A DNA stretch of 63,636 nt, filler included, from Thraustochytrium aureum (lineage: Eukaryota), in assembly GCA_012862495.1 (NCBI GenBank). It is 6 parts of 4 records of this genome, joined end to end, with 100 filler letters (N's around TTAATTAATTAA, not from the genome) between each part and the next. Parts side by side here need not be neighbours in the genome. Positions count along the whole stretch, not along the records: positions 49,441 to 60,856 come from BLSG01000139.1; positions 60,957 to 62,035 come from BLSG01000141.1; positions 62,136 to 63,636 come from BLSG01000142.1; 3 more parts are not named here. One strand, written 5' to 3'. The notes beneath the pieces are model-generated. The model made no database searches. It was not told the origin of the DNA and saw only the letters and a list, made by a program, of their open reading frames with translations. Position 1 is the stretch's first letter. Each line of letters begins with the position of its first letter. A program made the position numbers and the translations under genes. Positions 59,339 through 63,636 of this stretch are shown one piece after another.

Positions 59339-60364
59339 ATGGGGCAATGCTTCACAACGCCTGTGGAGGTCGCCCAGTCGAGAGGCGGCCAGGGCGTGGT
59401 CGGCGGCAAGCGCATCCAGTACGCCCTGAATGCCACGCAAGGGCGTCGCCCCTACATGGAGGATACCGTGCTGACCTCCTTTGGCCCCAAAACGGGCGTG
59501 CTGGCGGACACTTTCGTGTGTGGCGTGTTTGATGGACACGGCGGCGCCCGCGTCGCAGAGTTTTGCCGCGAATCCATGGTCGAGTTCCTGAGCAGTGAAC
59601 TGCGTCAAACGGAGGTTGTCACAGTCGACGAGATGGACAACGAGCTCCTGGAGGGCACGATTTGCGACACCTTCTTGGCCCTGGACGACAAGATCGGGGC
59701 CCTGCCCCCCATCCTTGTGCGCCCAGAGGCGGCGCTTCCATGCTTGCCAAAGGGCGAGGAGTACATGCGCGATATTGAGGGCGTTGGGAGCACTGCGACG
59801 ATGGTTCTGGTGACGCCCGACAAGCTCGTATTCGCAAACTGCGGGGACTCTCGCACTTTGCTGGTGCGTGGCGGCTCGGTTGTGTTTGAGACAACGGACC
59901 ACACCCCAGACGATGTCGGCGAGCGCGAGCGCATCGAGCACGCCGGTGGCTATGTCGAGGCAAACCGCGTGGACGGCATCCTCGGGGTGGCTCGCGCCCT
60001 TGGAGACCACCGCTTCAAGACGAACGAAGCGCTGCCCCCGGAGCAGCAAGAGGTGAGTGCGGCGCCTGAGGTGACCGTACTCGATCGCAGCAAAGACGAT
60101 CAGTTCATTGTCCTTGCGTCCGACGGTCTGTGGAACGTGATGACGAGCCAGGATGTGGCGGATTTTCTGAGCAACGCGGTTGGCCCTGGAGGAATGGACC
60201 TCGAAAAGTGCTGCGCGGCGCTTATCGAGCGCGCTTGCAACCAACTCCGAACCGGGGACAACACCTCGGTTGCCATCGTCGCCCTCAGCTCGGCGGATGT
60301 TGCCGCGGAGGCGGCAGCACAAGGTGCGAGCGCCCCGGAGGTGGCTGAGCCTGCTGCAGCCTGA
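59339..60364 (+). CDS. Protein phosphatase 2C (PPM), predicted N-myristoylated
   Basis: MGQC start; motifs QGRRPYMED, GVFDGHGG, ANCGDSR, DHTP, ARALGD, LASDGLW and GDNTS. Confidence 0.95.
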   Translation: MGQCFTTPVEVAQSRGGQGVVGGKRIQYALNATQGRRPYMEDTVLTSFGPKTGVLADTFVCGVFDGHGGARVAEFCRESMVEFLSSELRQTEVVTVDEMDNELLEGTICDTFLALDDKIGALPPILVRPEAALPCLPKGEEYMRDIEGVGSTATMVLVTPDKLVFANCGDSRTLLVRGGSVVFETTDHTPDDVGERERIEHAGGYVEANRVDGILGVARALGDHRFKTNEALPPEQQEVSAAPEVTVLDRSKDDQFIVLASDGLWNVMTSQDVADFLSNAVGPGGMDLEKCCAALIERACNQLRTGDNTSVAIVALSSADVAAEAAAQGASAPEVAEPAAA

Positions 60365-60395
60365 AGCGTTGGCTGATATTGCGAAATGTTCCGAG

Positions 60396-60637
60396 GTGCC
60401 GCGGTCTGGCTCGCGATATTTGCTGACAGGACAAGAGGGGTTGAGCCCCCCAGCACTGTTTCCGACATGTTTGGTTCGATCCTAACCCGAACGTGCTGTT
60501 CTGACCAAGTACTATCGAAGTAAATGTGTTTTGCTGTTCTTTTGCGTGTGCCGCGGTATGGCTCGCGATACGTGCTGACAGGACAAAAGGGGTTTGAGCC
60601 CCGAACGTGCTGTTCTGAAACAGTTGTGCTGTTCTTT
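60396..60637. repeat. Degenerate local duplication (offset about 152 bp) downstream of PP2C
   Basis: GTGCCGCGGTxTGGCTCGCGATAxxTGCTGACAGGACAA-GGGGTT-GAGCCCC at 60396 and 60548. CCGAACGTGCTGTTCTGA at 60487 and 60601. Confidence 0.75.
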
Positions 60638-60856
60638 CGCGTGTGACTGCAGACCGAACTCGTGGGTAGCGGTCCAAGCCAGTGAATCGCCACGCCAGCC
60701 ACGTGATTTGTGCCCTCCCACCGACAAGCCCGCTTGGGCCGGCCGCCGCGCTTCAGCAAGGCGGCCGAGCAATCGCACGAGTGAGTACCCCCGCGGCGTG
60801 TTGGTCAAGTCGTCGAGCTCGAGGTGCTGAGACCCCTGATTATCAAAGCGAAAAAC

Positions 60857-60956
60857 NNNNNNNNNNNNNNNNNNNNNNNNNNNNNNNNNNNNNNNNNNNN
60901 TTAATTAATTAANNNNNNNNNNNNNNNNNNNNNNNNNNNNNNNNNNNNNNNNNNNN
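60857..60956. other. Artificial scaffold linker
   Basis: 44N-TTAATTAATTAA-44N. Confidence 0.98.
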
Positions 60957-61402
60957 CTCTCGACACCTACTTCTCGCTCTACTCTTCCCTGCGACGCCAC
61001 GTGCCATCGTGGCCGCCGCATCGGTCGTCTTGGCTCGCGGCTCACGCAGCTGCTGATTCAGGCGGACGGCCGGGCGGACGACCGGGCGGACGGACGGGTG
61101 GCTGGCGCAATTGCGGATACCACAACATCAACACGTGCACGGAGAAAGAAGATCCTTTTTTGATTGATGCAACACGCGACGCACTTGTCGCACGTGCGAC
61201 GGCGGCCGGCGAAGCCGAGGCTTGGCGCTCTGGTGACATGAGTCACATGACAGATCAAACTCAGGTTGTCGACCGAAAGTCGTCGATGTGGTGCAAGGCC
61301 GCTCGAGCCTCCGCCAAGGGGGTCCGAGCGCCGCAAGCGCCGTGGCGCCACCGGCCAGGCCAGGCCAGGCCAGGCCAGGCAGGCCAGTTGGGCCACGCCG
61401 CT

Positions 61403-62035
61403 CTAGCAGAGGTCGAGGCGCCGTCTGAGCCGGAAGAGGCGCCGCACCCTCTCCGAACGCGGCTGGAACAGCTTGCTGCAAGCTCTACGCTGCTTGCCTG
61501 GCGCCGACCAGCTGCGAGGCGCGACCAACCCATAAACGCGCGAGCGCGCCCGCGAGCGGGCCTTGCAACACGCCGGGCTCCGAGGAGCGATCAGGCTCCT
61601 TGCATTCGACGCAGTTTTGACGCAGCCCCTTTCCACCACGGCGCGGGGGGGCGACTCTGGCAAGACGAGGTGCGAAATCCTGCGCGTCCCTCGCGACGGC
61701 GTCAGCACCGTCTGCGGCTCGCTTGCCGCGCCGTCCAGCATTCCCTGCAGCCGCCGCACAAGGCCGCCCGGGCTGGCGCCCTCCTTCAGCTTGTCTCGAA
61801 CGTCTCGCTCCAGGCGCGACATCTGCTCAGCACTGTCGACCAGCGCCGGGTCGCTCGGCCGCATGCCGTGCAAGTTCTTCCACAGCCGCTCCTTCCACGA
61901 GCCCCGCGCCGGAGCGAGAGCGGAGCCAGCCAGCGACTCGTCCGTCGAGCCGTCGCTGGTCGCCACGCTCGTCCCAAAGCAGCTCGAGAACGAAAACTCA
62001 TCCTCCAGCGCGCACCGTTCCATCGCCGCCGCCAG
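61403..62035 (-). CDS. Fragment of an uncharacterised protein on a small scaffold
   Basis: Open frame from the scaffold edge with coding-like composition (SWKERLWKNL...LERDVRDKLKE). No recognisable domain. Confidence 0.4.
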   Translation of the reverse strand: MAAAMERCALEDEFSFSSCFGTSVATSDGSTDESLAGSALAPARGSWKERLWKNLHGMRPSDPALVDSAEQMSRLERDVRDKLKEGASPGGLVRRLQGMLDGAASEPQTVLTPSRGTRRISHLVLPESPPRAVVERGCVKTASNARSLIAPRSPACCKARSRARSRVYGLVAPRSWSAPGKQRRACSKLFQPRSERVRRLFRLRRRLDLC

Positions 62036-62135
62036 NNNNNNNNNNNNNNNNNNNNNNNNNNNNNNNNNNNNNNNNNNNNTTAATTAATTAANNNNNNNNN
62101 NNNNNNNNNNNNNNNNNNNNNNNNNNNNNNNNNNN
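62036..62135. other. Artificial scaffold linker
   Basis: 44N-TTAATTAATTAA-44N. Confidence 0.98.
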
Positions 62136-62550
62136 CAATGGTTTGCCAGGAGGTCGAGCCGCCACCAACCATTTCGTGAAATCCCTCAGGCTTGTGCGCC
62201 GGCGACGGTACCCCTATGCAGGGATCGTTGAATCCCAGTCCGTCGTCGTCGATACACACGCAAGATTCTGCGGTCCCAAGTAAAGAATTGGCGCCGTGTG
62301 CGATGCAAGCTGGGGTGCTGGTCACCCTTCCCATTCGTTTGCTCCCTCTGGATAGACGTCCGCCTGGGGTGGAGCAAGGTGGCCACCCTATTTCCTTTCC
62401 CCAAAACCGCATCTTCACTTGGGCGGGTCCAAGCCCTGACACGCCACCGCAGTCACGCCACAGCATCAACACGCAAGCCTCTCAAGCGGTGTGTATTGGC
62501 AGCGGTGTGTATTTGATTTTGCCTCATCACTCCGAGTGAATCCCGGCTAT

Positions 62551-62610
62551 CACGGGCCCGGCGGCATCTCTACGGGCCCGGCGGCATCTCTACGGGCCCG
62601 GCGGCATCTC
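62551..62610. repeat. 20-bp tandem repeat x3 (TACGGGCCCGGCGGCATCTC)
   Basis: Three consecutive near-perfect units. Confidence 0.9.
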
Positions 62611-63636
62611 TGGGTTTTCTGGTGTTTTGCCTCTCGCCCGCCTGCATTTGATCAGTGGGAGGGCTCTCACCCGCCGCCAGGCTCGGGCGTCGTTTCGCGT
62701 CACGGCCATACCTCCGTTCACGGGGCAGCCGAGCCCAGAAGGAATCTTTCTGTTCATGTGGCTGCCAAGCACAGAGGGAATCTGTCAAGGACAGACGCAG
62801 CTCTGGGCGCGTGAATTGCTTCTGTCGGCCGTCCGTCGGAAAGGACGCGCGCGGTGCGTGCGAGCGGAGTGCCCCGGTTTCGAGAGTGTCGAGTCCCATG
62901 TTGGACTGGTTGGCGGGTCAGGTCAGTGCACTGCTAAAGCCTTCGTTTTTGCGGGTGGAGCTGGTCGCGTTGAAAGACTCTCGGCTCGCGGAGCTCCACA
63001 GCCTAGCCGTCGTTGATGAATGAGTGAATGAATGAATGAATGAAAATTGTTGACCTCCTGAGCTCTCCTGCGTGACTTACTGTTGACTCGCGGTACGGTA
63101 AGTACGCAGTCGTATACCTTGGAAGTGACTCGCACTCGAGCGATGACTCTTGACAAACAGAGCAAGATTCGTAACCGCATTGGGTTGAACTTTGGTGTGG
63201 ACAAGTGTGGGAGTGACGAGTCGCTTCTGCAGGCAAAGCGACTACTACCTACTCGACCGGTGCGGCATCTGTGATGCCAGCAGTAGGAGTGGCTGGCATC
63301 GTAAATGTGTGCTCCCAATGACGGCATGAATCACGGGTTGCATGGCGCGGGGATTGTGATGAGGCTAGCTCCCGGAACCACTCGATCCAACACGAGCGAA
63401 TCTTCAACGCAAGCACTGCGCGTGTGTGGTGACGACACGCCTGATCCCCACTCACTCGCGGAGCGGCTAGCTGCCTCCTTTCCACGCTGCAGCCAATCCG
63501 AACCGAGTCGAGCGAGTGCTATTGATTTCGCGCATGTGGCGAGGAAGTGCTTGCTGGCACTCAGTGATCTGCAGAAAATGACTTACATACATCCAGTACG
63601 ACCAATTGACTAGCAGCGCGCAGCAGCTGTGCAAAG

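Noticed and set aside
27721..62135. Recurrent TTAATTAATTAA motif (5 copies)
   Set aside because: Each copy is flanked by exactly 44 N, so it is an artificial six-frame-stop scaffold linker. Gene neighbourhoods across linkers are meaningless.
62136..63636. Genes or mobile element on the last scaffold
   Set aside because: Only short ORFs without recognisable motifs; nothing supportable beyond simple repeats.

Overview
This is GC-rich, gene-dense eukaryotic nuclear DNA with few, short GT-AG introns (about 75-120 nt). The style fits a stramenopile protist such as a labyrinthulomycete/thraustochytrid, but that is inference only. The window is not one locus. It is six draft scaffolds joined by artificial 100-nt linkers (44 N + TTAATTAATTAA + 44 N): 1-27720, 27821-32231, 32332-49340, 49441-60856, 60957-62035 and 62136-63636. 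There are many internal gaps and several homopolymer-associated frameshifts. Recognisable genes are a TBC Rab-GAP, a DUF4504/C1orf74-like protein, a kinesin, a BART/ARL2BP-like protein, AMP deaminase, an LRR protein, a PNPOx-like/FNR flavoprotein fusion, a SEA + S/P/T-repeat surface protein, a P450, GDT1/TMEM165, an N-acylated MYND protein, phosphoglucomutase, two identical tRNA-Pro(AGG) genes, an FMO, a GNL1/Lsg1 GTPase, a Dis3-family RNase, an ADIP/SSX2IP-like protein and a PP2C. The most interesting observations are: (1) a tandem pair of Frizzled/Smoothened-like receptors (CRD + multi-TM) lacking KTxxxW in a non-animal genome; (2) a 2OG-Fe(II) dioxygenase fused to a possible ArgRS-Add1-like domain, a C2H2 finger and ankyrin repeats; (3) a transcription-factor-like protein with an unassigned compact domain and repeated R-x-S motifs; (4) two intergenic ~45-bp arrays with palindromic cores; (5) an acidic D-x-L-F repeat insert in Dis3. 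No CRISPR or prokaryotic system is supported.
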